Below are positions 47,797 through 57,810 of a DNA stretch of 64,000 nucleotides, one piece after another (positions within the stretch are counted from its first letter, which is position 1; every line of letters starts with the position of its first letter). Made by a program: the position numbers and the translations under genes. The DNA is from Candidatus Multivorans sp. (lineage in GTDB: Bacteria > Acidobacteriota > Thermoanaerobaculia > Multivoradales > Multivoraceae): NCBI GenBank assembly GCA_965224025.1, contig OZ245033.1:64001-128000 (forward strand). Direction: 5' to 3'. The notes below the pieces were generated by a model, which saw only the letters and a program-made list of their open reading frames with translations, was not told where the DNA came from and made no database searches.

Positions 47797-49116
47797 ATGG
47801 CAAAGCGGAAGGCGGAGCGTCTGGAAGTCGTTCACCCGGATTGCGCCGGTGTGGACGTAGGCAAGCGCAAGCACTACGTGGCGGTGGCCCCGTCGCGTTT
47901 CGAGCGGCCGGTGCGCAATTTCTCGTCGTTCACGGAGGACCTCGAGGCGATGGCCTCGTGGCTTCAGGAGTGCGGCGTGCGTGAGGTGGCGCTGGAGTCG
48001 ACGGGGGTGTACTGGATTCCGGTGTTCGAGGTGCTGGACCGGGCGGGGTTCGAGGTGCATCTGGTGAATCCTCGGGCGACCAAGCAGGTGAGTGGCCGCA
48101 AGAGTGACGTTCTGGACTGCCAGTGGATCCGGCAGTTGATGAGCTACGGGCTCCTGCGCGGTGCGTTTCGCGCGCCGGACGAGTTGTGTCCGCTGCGTTC
48201 GTACACGCGGCAGCGCGCCCAGTTGGTCCGCGACCGCAGCCGCGCGGTGCAGCACATCCAGAAGGCTCTGGTGCAGATGAACGTGCAGTTGGACAACGTG
48301 CTGAGCGACATCATGGGCAAGACCGGCCAGTTGATCGTGCGCGCGATCGTCGCCGGCGAGCGCGACGGCGCGGCGCTGGCCCGTCACCGGGACGGTCGCT
48401 GCAAGGCTGGTCCGGCTGTGATCGCGGCGAGTTTGCAAGGCAACTGGCGAGACGAGCACCTGTTCGCTCTGGGCCAGGCGCTGGCCCGCTACGACATGCT
48501 GCAAGGCCAGATCGAGATGTGCGAGAAGCGCATCGACGCCGAGCTCGACGGCCTGGCCCAAGACGGCGTCGAGGACGCGCCGCCGCCCGGTTCGAAGGCG
48601 CGCGAGCGCGCCCTGCGGAAGCGGCTGCATCGCATGCTCGGCGTGGACCTGGTCGCCATTCCGACGGTCGGCGTCGAAACCGCGCTGACCTTCGCCGCTG
48701 AGATCGGCCCGGACCTGTCCCGGTTTCCCTCGCAGGGCAACTTCTGCTCGTGGCTGTGTCTGGCTCCACCGACCAACATCAGCGGCGACAAACGGCTGAA
48801 CGGCCCTCCCGTGAAGCAGACCAACCGGGTCGGCCAGACGCTGCGCCAAGCCGCCACCACAGCCCGCAACAGCAAGACCGCCATCGGAGCCTCTCACCGC
48901 CGGCGTCTCCAGCACATGGAGAAGGCGAAGGCCATCAAGGCCACCGCTCATCAACTCGGCCGACTGATCTACGCCATGCTGACCCACGGCGAAGAGTACG
49001 TCGAGCGCGACCTCGCCGAAATGGAGGCCGTCCGACGCGAACGACAAATCAGAAACCTGCAGCGTCAGGCCCGCCGCCTGAATCTGGCTCTCGTGCCGAC
49101 CGAACATGCCGCCTGA
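47797..49116 (+). CDS. IS110-family recombinase/transposase
   Basis: DEDD RuvC-like motifs GVDVG, LESTG and KSDVLDC; C-terminal domain AEIGPDLSRF..WLCLAP..ISGD; SD GGAGG. Confidence 0.95.
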   Translation: MAKRKAERLEVVHPDCAGVDVGKRKHYVAVAPSRFERPVRNFSSFTEDLEAMASWLQECGVREVALESTGVYWIPVFEVLDRAGFEVHLVNPRATKQVSGRKSDVLDCQWIRQLMSYGLLRGAFRAPDELCPLRSYTRQRAQLVRDRSRAVQHIQKALVQMNVQLDNVLSDIMGKTGQLIVRAIVAGERDGAALARHRDGRCKAGPAVIAASLQGNWRDEHLFALGQALARYDMLQGQIEMCEKRIDAELDGLAQDGVEDAPPPGSKARERALRKRLHRMLGVDLVAIPTVGVETALTFAAEIGPDLSRFPSQGNFCSWLCLAPPTNISGDKRLNGPPVKQTNRVGQTLRQAATTARNSKTAIGASHRRRLQHMEKAKAIKATAHQLGRLIYAMLTHGEEYVERDLAEMEAVRRERQIRNLQRQARRLNLALVPTEHAA

Positions 49117-49297
49117 ATCGCGCAACCTGCGCTGCCAACAAGGAACCCCTACCCGTTTGTTCCATGCAAGACTGCGCTGCGTCCGCGCAGCGCAGGGAGT
49201 TTGCGGCACAAGGTCATGGCAAGGACGGGATGGGCCGAAACTCCGAGCCTGCGAGGCGTTTCGGGGCGGTATGGGCGACGGTGTACTATGCCCGCTC

Positions 49298-49552
49298 TTG
49301 AGCAATCAACCCGACCCGTCCGCCTACTGGCGAGCGAACCTGCGACTGATGGCGATCCTCCTCGCCGTCTGGTTCTCCTGTTCCTACGTGCTCGGCATCT
49401 TCCTGGTCGAGCCGCTGAACGGCGCCCGGGTGGGCGGTTTCCCGCTCGGATTCTGGTTTGCGCACCAGGGATCGATCTACGTCTTCGTCGTTCTGATTCT
49501 GGTCTACGCGGCGGTCATGGACCGTCTCGACCGCCGCTACGGAGTCGACTGA
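49298..49552 (+). CDS. DUF4212 small membrane protein (SSS transporter partner)
   Basis: AYWRANL..LLAVWF..GFPLGFWFAHQGSI..FVVLI..DRRYGV; directly upstream of the symporter. Confidence 0.88.
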   Translation: MSNQPDPSAYWRANLRLMAILLAVWFSCSYVLGIFLVEPLNGARVGGFPLGFWFAHQGSIYVFVVLILVYAAVMDRLDRRYGVD

Positions 49553-49682
49553 GGCGCTCGGGCGAGCCTCGTCGAACCGACCCATCTGACCGCGAGCGAA
49601 TGACGACGCACGGGCGCTGCCAGCACCGCCAGGCACGTTCTCGGCGTCGACACGGCCGAGGGCAACGACCAGGGCGACACTC

Positions 49683-51383
49683 ATGAACGTTCAGGCCTGG
49701 ACGTACCTGATCGTCACCGCGACCTTCGCGCTCTACATCGGCATCGCCTGGTGGAGCCGGGTCAGGTCGACCTCCGGTTTCTACGTCGCCGGCCGCGGCG
49801 TTCCGGCGGTCGCCAACGGCATGGCGACCGGCGCCGACTGGATGAGCGCGGCCTCCTTCATCTCGATGGCGGGCCTCGTCTCCTTCATGGGCTACACCGG
49901 CACCATCTACCTGATGGGCTGGACCGGCGGCTACGTCCTGCTGGCGCTGCTGCTCGCGCCCTATCTCCGCAAGTACGGCAAGTTCACGACCTCCGAGTTC
50001 GTCGGCGACCGCTACTACTCGGACGCCGCTCGGCTGGTCGCCGCGGGCTGCACGATCTTCGTCTCCTTCACCTACATCGCCGGCCAGATGCGGGGCGTCG
50101 GCGTCGTGTTCTCGCGCTTCCTGGAGGTCGAGATCCACTGGGGCGTGGTGATCGGCGTGGTCATCGTCTTCTTCTACGCCGTGCTCGGCGGCATGAAGGG
50201 AATCACCTACACCCAGGTCGCCCAGTACTGTGTCCTGATCGTCGCGTACCTGATTCCGGCAGCGGCGATCTCGTGGAAGATCACCGGCAACCCGATCCCG
50301 CAGTTCGGATTCGGGGGCGCGGTCCAGGAAGGCCAGGCGGCGGGCGTTTTCCTGCTCGAAACCCTGGACGCCCTGCACCGGGAACTGCGGCTGCCCGAGT
50401 ACACCGCGGCCTTCGTGCCGGGCAAGAAGAGCATGATCGACGTCACCGCGATCACGCTCGCCCTGATGGTCGGCACCGCCGGCCTGCCGCACGTGCTGGT
50501 CCGCTTCTACACCGTGCGCAGCGCGAGAGCCGCCCGCTGGAGCGCACTGTGGGCGCTGGTCTTCATCGGCCTCCTCTACACCACCGCGCCCGCGGTCGCC
50601 GCCTTCGCCCGCGTCAACCTGATCTCCACCCTGCACGGCGCGAACTACAGCGAGGTGCCGGAGTGGTTCAAGAGTTGGGAAACCACCGGCCTGATCGCCT
50701 TCGACGACAAGAACGGCGACGGCATGATCGACATGGCCGACGGGGCCAACGAGTTGACCGTCGACCAGGACATCATGGTCCTCGCCAACCCCGAGATCGC
50801 GGAACTTCCCGCCTGGGTCGTCGCCCTGGTCGCCGCCGGCGGCCTGGCGGCGGCGCTATCCACAGCCGCCGGTCTGCTGCTCGTGATCGCATCGGCGATC
50901 TCGCACGACGTCGGCAAATCGGTCCTGTGGAAGGACATGAGTTCGCGCAGGGAACTCCTGCTGGCGCGGACCACCGCCGCCGCCGCAGTGGTCGTGGCCG
51001 CCTACTTCGGCATCTCGCCGCCGGGCTTCGTTGCCCAGGTCGTCGCCTTCGCCTTCGGCCTCGCCGCGGCCAGCTTCTTCCCCATCCTCGTGCTCGGCAT
51101 CTTTACCCGCACCACGACGAAGGAGGGGGCGATCGCCGGCATGAGCACCGGCATCCTGTTCACCGGCTCGTACATCGTCTACTTCCGCCTGATCCGGCCC
51201 GAAGCGACGGCGGAGGACTGGCTGTTCGGCATCAGCCCCGAGGGCATCGGCGCGGTCGGGATGCTCATCAACTTCGCCCTGGCGATCACCGTGAGCCGCT
51301 TCACCAAGCCGCCGCCGGAAGAAGTGCAGCAGTTGGTCAGCGAGATCCGGTTGCCCCGCGAGCGCGCGGCGGAGTCGCCGTAA
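49683..51383 (+). CDS. Sodium:solute symporter (ActP-like cation/acetate symporter)
   Basis: Motifs FYVAGRGV, ADWMSAASF, GGMKGITYTQVAQY, GTAGLPH and GLAAALST. Confidence 0.92.
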   Translation: MNVQAWTYLIVTATFALYIGIAWWSRVRSTSGFYVAGRGVPAVANGMATGADWMSAASFISMAGLVSFMGYTGTIYLMGWTGGYVLLALLLAPYLRKYGKFTTSEFVGDRYYSDAARLVAAGCTIFVSFTYIAGQMRGVGVVFSRFLEVEIHWGVVIGVVIVFFYAVLGGMKGITYTQVAQYCVLIVAYLIPAAAISWKITGNPIPQFGFGGAVQEGQAAGVFLLETLDALHRELRLPEYTAAFVPGKKSMIDVTAITLALMVGTAGLPHVLVRFYTVRSARAARWSALWALVFIGLLYTTAPAVAAFARVNLISTLHGANYSEVPEWFKSWETTGLIAFDDKNGDGMIDMADGANELTVDQDIMVLANPEIAELPAWVVALVAAGGLAAALSTAAGLLLVIASAISHDVGKSVLWKDMSSRRELLLARTTAAAAVVVAAYFGISPPGFVAQVVAFAFGLAAASFFPILVLGIFTRTTTKEGAIAGMSTGILFTGSYIVYFRLIRPEATAEDWLFGISPEGIGAVGMLINFALAITVSRFTKPPPEEVQQLVSEIRLPRERAAESP

Positions 51384-51428
51384 CGCGCGACGGCGTCGGG
51401 ACATGCAGAGCGGCGTCGCACAAGCAGA

Positions 51429-51626
51429 GCGGCGGTGGACGCACCCGCCCGTCTTGGGTCAGGAGGGGTCAGCTTCCAGGTGACGTGAGCGCTTGAGAGG
51501 AGATGGGAGGGGGTGGCGCTCACTCCGCTTCACTCGCTCCGGTTGGGCGTCGGTGAGTGCAAGGTCGTCGGCCGTCGCTCGTTCAGAGGCACCTGCGAGC
51601 TGACCCCTCCTGACCCGACTGGGCTG
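51429..51626. mobile_element. ~200-bp MITE-like element (family D), copy 2, inverted
   Basis: Reverse complement of 28586-28784 with scattered substitutions. Confidence 0.8.
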
Positions 51627-51741
51627 GCGGTCGTTGCCGAGAGAGCCGGCCGGCTGCTTCAGTCAGCGCGCGGCCGACGGTTCGCGTGGCGACCGGCCAT
51701 GGCGGTCGCAGGCGGTTTCGCCGACCAGTCGTGCGCGACTG

Positions 51742-51770
51742 TGATATACACACGCCCCATGGGGATATCA
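51742..51770. promoter_or_regulatory. Putative TA autoregulatory operator
   Basis: Inverted repeat TGATAT-N17-ATATCA just upstream of the antitoxin ATG. Confidence 0.45.
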
Positions 51771-51784
51771 TCGAGAGGCTGATC

Positions 51785-52015
51785 ATGCGCGTCGCCAAGT
51801 GGGGCAACAGTCTGGCCGTCCGTCTTCCCAAGGCGCTGGTCGACAACCTTGATCTCAGGGCCGGCGACGAGGTCCAGGTCGTGGCCAAGGCGCCGGGAGA
51901 GTTGGTCGTCGGGAGAGACCTGCGTCGGCAACGGGCCGTCGAACGGATGCGACGGCGGGCATGGGCGCTGCCGGACGGCTACGCCTTCGACCGAAACGCG
52001 GCGAACGAGAGATAG
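51785..52015 (+). CDS. AbrB/MazE-type antitoxin (VapB)
   Basis: MRVAKWGNSLAVRLP..LDLRAGDEV; C-terminal FDRNAANER. Confidence 0.92.
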   Translation: MRVAKWGNSLAVRLPKALVDNLDLRAGDEVQVVAKAPGELVVGRDLRRQRAVERMRRRAWALPDGYAFDRNAANER

Positions 52016-52023
52016 CGGGCGCG

Positions 52024-52431
52024 GTGAGGCCCTTCCTCGACACGAATCTGCTCGTCTACGCCCAGACCTCGGACCCCAGGAGCGCGGCGGCACGGCAGGC
52101 CATCCTTGCGGGCGGCGTCATCAGCGTGCAGGTGCTCAACGAGTTCGCCGCCGTTCTCCGCCGCAAGTTCAAGCGCGACTGGGACGAGATTGCGGAAGCG
52201 GTGGCCGACGTACGGATCACCCTCGACCCCGTCCGGCCGATCAGCATCGAGACGCACGCGGCCGCCGTCGATCTGGCGAGGCAGCACGGGTTCAGCTTCT
52301 ACGACTCTCTGATCGTGGCCTCCGCGCTCGAAGCGAAGTGCGACACGTTGTTGACGGAAGACCTCCCGGCTGGCCGCAGCATCCAGGGCCTCACCATCGT
52401 CAATCCGCTGCCAAGCCCCCGCGGCGGTTGA
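52024..52431 (+). CDS. PIN-domain toxin (VapC)
   Basis: Motifs FLDTNLLVY, SVQVLNE, FYDSLIVASA and LLTED. Confidence 0.92.
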   Translation: MRPFLDTNLLVYAQTSDPRSAAARQAILAGGVISVQVLNEFAAVLRRKFKRDWDEIAEAVADVRITLDPVRPISIETHAAAVDLARQHGFSFYDSLIVASALEAKCDTLLTEDLPAGRSIQGLTIVNPLPSPRGG

Positions 52432-52465
52432 GGGCCTCGCGGGCGGAACCTGGGAAGAGCAGCAC

Positions 52466-54658
52466 TCAGACAAGCGACGCCAGTTGCTCGCGGAGAGTCG
52501 AGTAGCGGCGCAGGTCGGAGGCCTCCTCGACGGCCTTCTGGAGCGCCCACTTCTGGCCGACGATGACGACGAGCTTCCGGCCCCTGGTGATTGCGGTGTA
52601 GAGGAGGTTGCGGCGGAGCATGACGTAGTGGTGGGTCGTGACCGGTATGACGACCGCCGGGTACTCGGAACCCTGGGACTTGTGGACGGTGACGGCGTAG
52701 GCGAGCATGAGCCGGTCCAGGTCGCTGAAGCGGTACTGAACGGGCCGGCCGTCGAACGCGATCGTCATCTGTTCGGCGCCGGGGTCGATCGACACGATCC
52801 GGCCGACATCGCCGTTGAACACGTCTCGTTCGTAATCGTTCTCAGTCTGCATCACCTTGTCGCCGGCGCGGTACTTCCAGCCGAAGCGCTCGACCTCGAC
52901 GGCGCCGGACTCCGGCGCCGGGTTCAGCACCGCCTGCAGGGTCACGTTCAAGAACCGCACGCCGAGGGGACCGCGGTTCATCGGCGACAGGACCTGGACG
53001 TCCCGGACCGGATCGAGGCCGAAGCGGCGGCCGATCCGCCCGGCGACGATCTCCACCACCTTGCGCTGGCCGTCCTCCGCATCCTCGGCCGGCACGAAGT
53101 AGAAGTCGCTGAGTTCTCCCTGCACGGGTTCCAGCTCCGGCAGGTAGCCGCGGTTCACCCGGTGGGCGTTCCTTACGATCCGGCTGTTGTCGGCTTGGCG
53201 GAAGATCTCCCGCAGGCGCGCCACCGGCAGGGCGCCGGAGTCGATCAGGTCCCGCAGCACCTGGCCGGGGCCCACGGACGGCAACTGGTCCGCGTCGCCG
53301 ATCAGCAGCAGCGATCCCTCCGCCGGCAGAGCCTGGAGCAGCGCCGCCATCAATTCCACGTCGACCATCGACGCCTCGTCGACCACCAGCAGACCGCAGT
53401 CGACCGGTCGCAGGCGGCCGCGGCGGAAGGTCCCGTTCGACGGGTCGATCTCGAGCAGACGGTGGATCGTCTTCGCGGTGTGGCCGGTGCTCTCGCCGAG
53501 CCGCTTCGCCGCGCGGCCGGTCGGGGCGCAGAGAGCGCAGCGCACGTCGCGGGCGCGGAGGATCCGCAGCACCGCGTTGACCAGGGTCGTCTTGCCGACG
53601 CCCGGACCGCCGGTGATCACGGCAACACGCGAGCGCAGGCTGGTCTCGACCGCGGCGCGTTGGGTCGGCGCCAGGGTCACGTCCAGCCGCTTCTCCACCC
53701 AGGCCAGGGCCTTCGCGGCGTCGATGTCCGCCCAGGGTGGCGGGTCTGCCTGGATGAGTTCGCCGAGACGGCGGGCGATGGCCCTCTCCGCCGACAGCAG
53801 CAGCGGCAGGAAGATCGCCTCCTCGCCTCCCAGACGCGTTGCAACCAGCCGCCCCGCGTGAAGCTCATCCGCCAGGGCGGTGACGAGGATCTCCTCCGGG
53901 ATCTTCAGCAGCTCCCGTGCCTGCTCGAGGAGTTCGCTCCGGGGCAGGCCGCAGTGTCCGGCGCCCCGGGCCTGCTCCAGGGTGTAGCCGAGGCCTGCGC
54001 GCGCCCGCGGCAAACCTTCGGGGTCCTTGCCCAGACTCGCGCCGATGCCGTCAGCGATCCTGAAGCCGATGCCCCGGATGTCCCGCGCCAGCCGGTAGGG
54101 GTCGTCGGTCAGCAGCGTCGCCGCGTCGGCGCCATACGCGCGGTAGATGCGAGCCGCCCGCGACGATCCGAGTCCGTGGGTCTGCAGGAAGACCATGATG
54201 TCGCGTACGGCCTTCTGGTCCTTGAAGCCCTCGCTCAGGCTCTTCGCGCGCTTCTGGCCGATGCCGGGGACCTCCACCAGGCGTTCCGGCTCGTTCTCGA
54301 TGACCTCGAAGACATCCTCGCCGAACGCCTTCACCAGGCGTTTCGCCATCTTGGGCCCGACGCCGTGCACTCTTCCCGACCCCAGGTAGCGCCGGATTCC
54401 TTCGAGCGAGTCCGGAGGCGATACGGCGAGCCGCCGAGCCTGGAACTGGCGCCCGTGGTTGGGGTCGTTTCGCCAGGCGCCGGACGCCTGGATGGTCTCC
54501 CCCTGCGAGACCACCGGCAGCCGCCCCACCACCGCCACGGGTTGACCGCGGCCCCGGACCCGAACGCGCATCACGGCGAACCCGTTCTCCTGATTGTGGA
54601 AGACGACCCGCTCGACGACCCCGGACAGCGCCTCGCGGTCTTCCGCCGAAGCGGTCAA
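52466..54658 (-). CDS. recD2: ATP-dependent RecD2 DNA helicase
   Basis: HhH repeats, GGPGVGKTT, VDEASM, GDADQLPSVGPG and AVTVHKSQGSEY. Confidence 0.95.
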   Translation of the reverse strand: MTASAEDREALSGVVERVVFHNQENGFAVMRVRVRGRGQPVAVVGRLPVVSQGETIQASGAWRNDPNHGRQFQARRLAVSPPDSLEGIRRYLGSGRVHGVGPKMAKRLVKAFGEDVFEVIENEPERLVEVPGIGQKRAKSLSEGFKDQKAVRDIMVFLQTHGLGSSRAARIYRAYGADAATLLTDDPYRLARDIRGIGFRIADGIGASLGKDPEGLPRARAGLGYTLEQARGAGHCGLPRSELLEQARELLKIPEEILVTALADELHAGRLVATRLGGEEAIFLPLLLSAERAIARRLGELIQADPPPWADIDAAKALAWVEKRLDVTLAPTQRAAVETSLRSRVAVITGGPGVGKTTLVNAVLRILRARDVRCALCAPTGRAAKRLGESTGHTAKTIHRLLEIDPSNGTFRRGRLRPVDCGLLVVDEASMVDVELMAALLQALPAEGSLLLIGDADQLPSVGPGQVLRDLIDSGALPVARLREIFRQADNSRIVRNAHRVNRGYLPELEPVQGELSDFYFVPAEDAEDGQRKVVEIVAGRIGRRFGLDPVRDVQVLSPMNRGPLGVRFLNVTLQAVLNPAPESGAVEVERFGWKYRAGDKVMQTENDYERDVFNGDVGRIVSIDPGAEQMTIAFDGRPVQYRFSDLDRLMLAYAVTVHKSQGSEYPAVVIPVTTHHYVMLRRNLLYTAITRGRKLVVIVGQKWALQKAVEEASDLRRYSTLREQLASLV

Positions 54659-54803
54659 GGGTGCGGAGCCCTCACGCCCGTCGGCATCTCTCTCACGAGA
54701 TAGAGCTTACGCCGCCATGCCGAAACGCCGACACGCCACGGTTCATCGGTGTCACAATCACCGGCTTTCCGACCGTCCCCAGAATGTTCGAGGAGTTCCG
54801 TCC

Positions 54804-55469
54804 ATGACCGACACGTGCCGATTCAACCACCTGGCGCTCAACGCCGACGACCCCGCCGGCGCGGCCGCCTGGTACGCGCGACACTTCGACGGCGCTCTGA
54901 TCGACGGCGACGCGACCGAAGGCAACCGCGGCATGGTCGCCGCCCGGTTCCAGGCCGGTACCGGCACGGCGGAGCTTCGCTGGCGAGATGGCGAGACACC
55001 CGGCCCCAGCATCGGAACCGGGCTCGACCACTCCGGCTGGTCGGTCGAGAACCTCGATGAGCTCCACGCCGCGATGCTCAACGATGGGGCCACGGAGTTC
55101 TGGGAACCGAGACACTTCGGACCGGCGAAGCTCTACATCTCCTTCGTGACCGATCCCTGGGGCGCGAAGATCGAACTCCTGGAAGACGCGAACCACGCGG
55201 GTTTCCACCATGTGCACATCCTCGGTCCCGACTGCGAGGAGGACCGCGCCTGGTTGCTGGAGCACGCGCCGGGACAGGCCGAGACCTTCAAGGGCATGCT
55301 GCTGGCCGTGAACTACGGCTCGATGCGCGTGCTGTTCCGGCAGACGGACGACGAGTTGGAACCGACCGCGGGCCGGGCGATCGATCATCTCGCGTGGACC
55401 TCCGCCACTGCCGGTGGCGGACTTCACACGGGCCCGACCGGCGTCAGCATCAGGGTGGACCCGGCCTGA
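54804..55469 (+). CDS. VOC/glyoxalase-family protein
   Basis: Repeated His-containing beta-alpha motifs (FNHLAL, LDHSGW, FHHVHI, IDHLAW) and DPWGAKIEL; SD GAGGAG. Confidence 0.8.
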   Translation: MTDTCRFNHLALNADDPAGAAAWYARHFDGALIDGDATEGNRGMVAARFQAGTGTAELRWRDGETPGPSIGTGLDHSGWSVENLDELHAAMLNDGATEFWEPRHFGPAKLYISFVTDPWGAKIELLEDANHAGFHHVHILGPDCEEDRAWLLEHAPGQAETFKGMLLAVNYGSMRVLFRQTDDELEPTAGRAIDHLAWTSATAGGGLHTGPTGVSIRVDPA

Positions 55470-55479
55470 CGGGTTGCCA

Positions 55480-57480
55480 ATGACTCTCTGGCCGCCGGCG
55501 CGGCGGGTCGAGCAACCTGTCGCCGCCCATCCCCTGGTCGTCCCCGAGGGCGCGGCGGTTCGGCTCGAGATGACTGTTGCCAGCGCTGCGGTGGACCTGG
55601 AGACACCCGCCGGTGAACTGCAGTCTGCGGTCTCCGGTCTGCGACGCGCCCTGGCGAGTGTAGACGGGGAGTTGGTCGTTTCGGATGCCGGGAGCGGGGT
55701 CACTGGGAACACTGCCGACATCGCCTGCCGTGTCACCGTCGACTCCGTCACCTCCGTAGCCGAAGCGCCAGTCGCCGTTCCCACGGACGAGAGTTACCGC
55801 CTGCGGATCGACCGCGACGGCATCGCGATCCAGGCCGCAACACCGACCGGGCTGTTCCGCGCCGCCGCGACGTTGAAACAGAGCCTCGCGTCGAAAAGCC
55901 GGCAAACCGACCGCGGACTCGAGGTAGCGGCCGTCGAGATCGACGATCGGCCCGACTTCCCCATCCGCGGCGCGATGCTCGACGTGTCCCGGAACCGCGT
56001 CCCGACGATGGCGTACCTGGAGCGCCTGATCGACCGGCTGGCGGAGTGGAAGGTGAACCACCTCCAGCTCTACGTCGAACACACCTACGCCTACGAAGGC
56101 CACGAGGACGTCTGGCAACACGCCTCCCCCTTTACCGCCGCCGAGATCCGCTCGCTCGACACCTACTGCCGCGAGCGATTCATCGAACTGGCGCCGAACC
56201 AGAACAGCTTCGGCCATTTCCACCGCTGGCTCGTCCACGACCAGTACCGGCCGCTGGCGGAGGTGCCCGAGGGCTTCAAACACCCCTTCTCCGTCGCCCC
56301 CGAGCCGTTCAGCCTCTGCGCGACCGACCCCCGGGTCCTTGAACTGCTCGCGGGTCTCTACGACGAACTGCTGCCGCAGTTCGGCAGCCGGCGCTTCAAC
56401 GTCGGTCTGGACGAGACCTTCGACCTGGGCCGCGGCCGTTCCGCCGAGACGTGCGAGGAGCGGGGCAAGCCGGCCGTGTACCTGGACTTCCTGCGCCAGG
56501 TTCACGGTCTCGTCACGGAGCGCGGCCGGCAGATGCTGTTCTGGGGCGACATCATCCTCGAGCACTCCGAAGTGATCGATCGCATCCCCGAAGACGCGGT
56601 CGCGCTGTGCTGGGGCTACGAGGCCGACCACCCGTTCGTCGACCAGTGCGCCCGGCTGGCGGCCTCGGGCCGCCAGTTCTGGGTGTGCCCGGGAACGAGC
56701 AGTTGGAACAGCTTCGGCGGCCGCCTGCAGAATGCGATCGGCAACCTCGCGCTGGCCGCCACGGCCGGTCGGGACGCTGGTGCTCAGGGATTCCTCATCA
56801 CCGACTGGGGCGATCACGGACACCTGCAGCCCACCCCGATCGCCGAGCTGCCGCTGTCGATCGGCGCCGGCTTCGCCTGGTCTGTCGACGCAGCGCGGGA
56901 GGCCGCAAGCGCCACCGAACGGAACGAAGAGGTCTGGCTCGACCACGCCAGCCGCTTCGTCTACGACGGCGACGACACGCTGGCGCGCACCGTGGTCGAC
57001 CTCGGCGCCATCGACCTCGACTGCGGCGGCCCGGCGATGAACGGGACCACCCTCTTCTACCTGCTGCGGTTCATCGACGACGACCTCACCCACCGGCGCT
57101 TCCGGCGGCTCAGCATCGCCGGACTGCAGAGGACGTACGCGCGGCTGGCCCCCATCCGTGAGCGGCTGGCCCCAGGCGGCGCCGACTCGAACCACGCCTC
57201 GCTGGACTGGACCTGCCGGCTCATGGCGTGGTGCTGCAGCCTCGGCATCGAGCGTCTCGGCGCCGGTCGGGGCGGGAAACTCGACGAACTCGCCCTGAGA
57301 GTCCGCGCCAGCCTGGCGGCGGACCTGCGGCGCATCGCCGACGACCTCCCCGACGTGTGGCTCGCCACTAGTCGCGAGGGCGGCTTGAGGGAATCCCACG
57401 CTCTGCTGTTGCGAGCCGCCGCCGAGCTGGAGAGGATCCACACCGAGACGGCCTCGGAAGACGATGCGGCAAACTCGTAG
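55480..57480 (+). CDS. Glycoside hydrolase family 20 (beta-N-acetylhexosaminidase-like)
   Basis: Motifs ESYRL, RGAMLDVSR, SFGH, catalytic GLDE, WGD and TDWGD. Confidence 0.88.
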   Translation: MTLWPPARRVEQPVAAHPLVVPEGAAVRLEMTVASAAVDLETPAGELQSAVSGLRRALASVDGELVVSDAGSGVTGNTADIACRVTVDSVTSVAEAPVAVPTDESYRLRIDRDGIAIQAATPTGLFRAAATLKQSLASKSRQTDRGLEVAAVEIDDRPDFPIRGAMLDVSRNRVPTMAYLERLIDRLAEWKVNHLQLYVEHTYAYEGHEDVWQHASPFTAAEIRSLDTYCRERFIELAPNQNSFGHFHRWLVHDQYRPLAEVPEGFKHPFSVAPEPFSLCATDPRVLELLAGLYDELLPQFGSRRFNVGLDETFDLGRGRSAETCEERGKPAVYLDFLRQVHGLVTERGRQMLFWGDIILEHSEVIDRIPEDAVALCWGYEADHPFVDQCARLAASGRQFWVCPGTSSWNSFGGRLQNAIGNLALAATAGRDAGAQGFLITDWGDHGHLQPTPIAELPLSIGAGFAWSVDAAREAASATERNEEVWLDHASRFVYDGDDTLARTVVDLGAIDLDCGGPAMNGTTLFYLLRFIDDDLTHRRFRRLSIAGLQRTYARLAPIRERLAPGGADSNHASLDWTCRLMAWCCSLGIERLGAGRGGKLDELALRVRASLAADLRRIADDLPDVWLATSREGGLRESHALLLRAAAELERIHTETASEDDAANS

Positions 57481-57502
57481 CAGCCAAGTCCCAGCCGATC
57501 TG

Positions 57503-57531
57503 TTGATTGCAGTGCAATCACGGCATAGACT
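57503..57531 (+). promoter_or_regulatory. Sigma-70 promoter overlapped by a palindromic operator of the FitAB-like TA pair
   Basis: TTGATT-N17-TAGACT with the perfect palindrome TGATTGCA-G-TGCAATCA (57504-57520). Confidence 0.7.
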
Positions 57532-57560
57532 CGCACGAGTCTGATCGGAGGCGCGAGACG

Positions 57561-57803
57561 ATGGCGAGCATCACGGTCCGCAATCTAGACGACGAGGTCA
57601 AGGCGGGGCTCCGGATGCGAGCCGCCGAGAACGGTCGTTCGATGGAAGAGGAAGCGCGGATCATCTTGCGTGATGCCATTGAGCGAGACGACTCGCCACG
57701 AAACCTCGCCGCCGCCATTCGCGCCCGCTTCGCACCCTTGGGCGGCGTGGAGCTCGAGCTTCCCCCGCGCGAACCGATGCGTGAACCGCCCAAGTTCGAC
57801 TGA
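57561..57803 (+). CDS. FitA-like ribbon-helix-helix antitoxin
   Basis: MASITVRNLDDEVKAGLRMRAAENGRSMEEEARIIL. Confidence 0.92.
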   Translation: MASITVRNLDDEVKAGLRMRAAENGRSMEEEARIILRDAIERDDSPRNLAAAIRARFAPLGGVELELPPREPMREPPKFD

Positions 57804-57810
57804 GCGGGCC

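Larger units (their letters stand above)
47517..49170 (+). mobile_element. IS110-family insertion sequence (boundaries inferred, putative AG core)
   Basis: Transposase plus a ~280-bp structured left end; both inferred junctions end in AG and match 8-mers inside the left end. Confidence 0.65.
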
